Assembly: GCF_964204865.1 (NCBI RefSeq)
Contig: NC_135250.1
Span: forward strand, 31,868,001 to 31,932,000
Length of the DNA stretch: 64,000 nucleotides
Direction of reading: 5' to 3'
DNA from: Styela clava
Lineage: Eukaryota
This document shows positions 61,158-64,000 of this stretch, piece after piece. The position numbers and the translations under genes are program-made. The notes under the pieces are model-generated. The model did no database searches. It was not told where the DNA came from and saw only the letters and a program-made list of their open reading frames with translations. The number at the start of each line of letters is the position of its first letter. Position 1 is the first letter of the stretch.

Positions 61158-63289
61158 ATAAACATTTCCCGAATTAGTGATTTTGCTTACTTTCAATTTA
61201 CATTAACGAAATCCCGGCTTTAAGGAGCTAAAAAATGCTGACTAATTATTAATAAAAAAGGCAGTCTTCGGTCCAACTGTCTTGTATATATCGAAACCAG
61301 TGCCGTATCTACGTAAAATGGCGCCGATGGTAAAGTTGAAAAATGCACCCCTTGATCGTTGACTGACATTTTATAACGACTGTTGTTGAATTGAGGATTC
61401 TCCCGAAGTATTCGTAGCAAGATGGCGCACAACCTGAACATAGTATGCGTACCAGGTTGAGGTTGTTCAGGTTGTGCATCATCTTGGTACGAATTCTCCG
61501 GAGCGCCGAATCGAGATACTTGTACGTTATTATTTGAGAAAAAATACAAGTTCCTACTAATTTCGATATGAAATTATTTGATTGAAAAGTTTTACCCATT
61601 TTGCACCCCCGGTACGATTTATGGCTGCCATAACCTAGATACGCCACTGATCGAAGCCCCATCTCCGTATTTTTTTGGGGGTGGGGTTTGATTACTGTAG
61701 TTGTCACGAAATATTTATGACGGACTCGCACTGTAAAAACTACTGTAATTTTGCTGTAATTGGAAGAAATTTTGACAAATGTAGACTAGAATGCCACCCA
61801 GAAGCGTAGCGAGTAATTCTTAATGACGGGAGGAAGGTAGGGGGATTTTGATATTTCTAATTGCTGAGTTTGACCTCTATTAGCTAGTTTCCGGGGTTTC
61901 AAGAGTTTTGGGCTGAGTTTTGAACGTTTCAAGCTACGAAAATTGCTATGTATATGATACAGAAAAATCCTTTTTTCACATTCTAAAAAAGAGGGCCCTC
62001 ATCGAACCTCATACCCCTAGGGCTACGCCTCTGGACTGCCGCCAACCAAGTCCGTGCATGCAAACCTGGCTCCATCATTTTCTTGTGTAATCTGGCAACT
62101 ACTTTCTAATTTCAATAAATCTTTCTGTACCTGGCGATTGTCTCGAAATGTTTCAAAGTCTCCAGTGCTTTTTTGTTTCAATTAGAATTTTTAAATGGTC
62201 GATTTTATTAACCGAATAATTGAAAATATACGCCAATAATAAATATTTGAAAAATACTGGACAAATTTTTCACCATTAGGCAGAGTTGAGCAGAAGTCCT
62301 TTAACCGCAAGTCGAGGTTTTTCCGAGCAAGATCAGTCCGAGCAATCTGAAAAAGTCTCAAATTTTTAGTTTTTAGGGAGGCAATTTTGGTACTCCCGTA
62401 GTATGTGTGCCAGGTTAGGGTTGGGCCATCATTTTATTCCGATTTTTTCTATTTTAGTTCTATTACGAGTTCGGGACTGTCTGTGTTACCCTAACACCGT
62501 GTTAGTCAAGTGAATATACTACTGGAGCGCTGCAATTTTTTTGTATAGTGACGTAATACGAAGCTTACTCGTGCCTTTTGTCGAAGCTGTCACACTTACT
62601 GATGGGAACTGCATAAATACCGTTGTCTTAGACCAGAACTACTTAAATATTTTCACAAAAGTTCCGTTTACGAAACTTCAAAATTACTGAAGTCCGGACA
62701 TTACAGAAAATTCTTTAGTTGGGGTGGAGATTCTTCAGTTGATCCCGTTTCCCAATTGAAGAATATCCCTCTCCCCCAACCCACCTAAGCCGACAATACC
62801 AGCTGATCCTTTATTTGACCTGGACTAATTATTTGGTTAAGATTAGATGGTCTTAGTTGGGGTGGAGATACTACAGTTGGTCTAACTTGAGGTGAAGATT
62901 CTTCAGTTGGGTAGCCTGGGGAATATTCTTCAGTTGATCCCAAGTATTTATACAAGCCGCAATAGTTATGTCAGCCGACTAATTCGCTATCGTTCGTTTC
63001 TTGTCCGATAATAAGATTGTGGAGTGGTAGAGAAAAAGAGATAAGAAGGCTGAATCATATGGCGAAAAACCGCCTCTAATTTGTTAAGCCCGTTATTTGT
63101 TTTCAGCAGCATGGACTTGATAGTGGAGGAAGCCACAACGGACCAGCTGACAGCTGTTATGTGAAGCACTCTACGGCGGGGAGGCGTCCAGCATTCTTTC
63201 CGCACTCAATAATCAAACCATTGCACATATGTATGATCACGCAAAGTCGACTTGTCATTAGACCGGGCAGATAAATAGGGCTAAAACTG

Positions 63290-63362
63290 CGCCCAACGTG
63301 GGGCTCGAACCCACGACCGTTGGATTAAGAGTCCAACGCTCTACCGACTGAGCTAGCCGGGC
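63290..63362 (-). tRNA. tRNA-Lys(CTT)
   Basis: GCCCGGCTAGCTCAGTCGGTAGAGCGTTGGACTCTTAATCCAACGGTCGTGGGTTCGAGCCCCACGTTGGGCG: 73 nt, full cloverleaf, A and B boxes, TTTT terminator immediately downstream. Confidence 0.97.
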
Positions 63363-64000
63363 GACGACTACTAAACCGAGAGGGCTTGTGTATAAAGCAA
63401 GGGTAGTTTACTTGTTTCATTTTGCCGGCTAATTGAACGCTTGGAATGTAGAGTGCATCGACGTATATGGAATAAATATATCTTAAGTATGTTCTAGTGG
63501 AAATTGTGTCAGTATGGCAGCAGCACCGTGGGTTATGTATTCCAGCCTATCCGCCAAAGTTCATGCATCTGAAAAGATTAACTGGTTAACTATTAATAAC
63601 TCAACATAGACTGGTTACCGGACAACTGCCCGAAAGTTTAATCCTATCGCGTATATTGTTTGTTTAATTCTAGCCCAAGCCTAATTTAATTGAGTTGGTG
63701 TTTTTGTGTGCGTGCTGGTGGGAAGGCACGTGATTTTTCTCATGTTTTAAACTTCTTTAAAGATTTTGCTTGCACTCCAGAATTCTCCATTTTCTCTCCA
63801 AAATTCTATCCTAATTCACACTGTAACATGGAAACCATAAATGTTATTAACGTTTCTACGAAAAGCATATATCAGTTTTGCAAAAGACATTTAGTCTCGT
63901 ATTTCAGTTATGCATGGGGTTCCATTTGAAATGAGATGGTTGCCGATACGAAAGAATTATGACCAACTCAATTAGATGGGTTTGTTTCCGCCCGGGCACG

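Overview
AT-rich animal genomic DNA with GT-AG introns, most consistent with an ascidian (tunicate). That assignment is an inference from unpaired splice acceptors just before start codons, TGACGTCA-rich exons and the repeat landscape; it is not verifiable here. Most short ORFs in the supplied track are noise, so I built gene models by hand from splice sites and reading frames. Genes, left to right: the 3' end of an unidentified coiled-coil gene (+, 9 exons); an intronless small mitochondrial membrane protein, COX8-like (-); DAXX (+); two tandem intronless FITM/FIT paralogues (+), one lacking a catalytic His; NDUFB7 (+); HCCS (-), with an extra C-terminal CPMH motif; FKBP3/FKBP25 (-), whose single intron holds three nested transposons; a 15-exon neuroligin-like cholinesterase-domain membrane protein (+) with a dismantled catalytic triad; and tRNA-Lys(CTT) (-). 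Non-coding DNA is crowded with non-autonomous elements: GG-ended MITEs with 8-bp TSDs (Merlin-like) that carry TTAGGG motifs, hAT MITEs, Tc1/pogo MITEs, Helentron/DINE-like elements, a Harbinger-like element and a tRNA-derived SINE. The best leads are the triad-dead adhesion protein with a possible secreted isoform, the active/inactive FITM pair, the HCCS extension, and a possible operon or shared-leader arrangement of the housekeeping genes.
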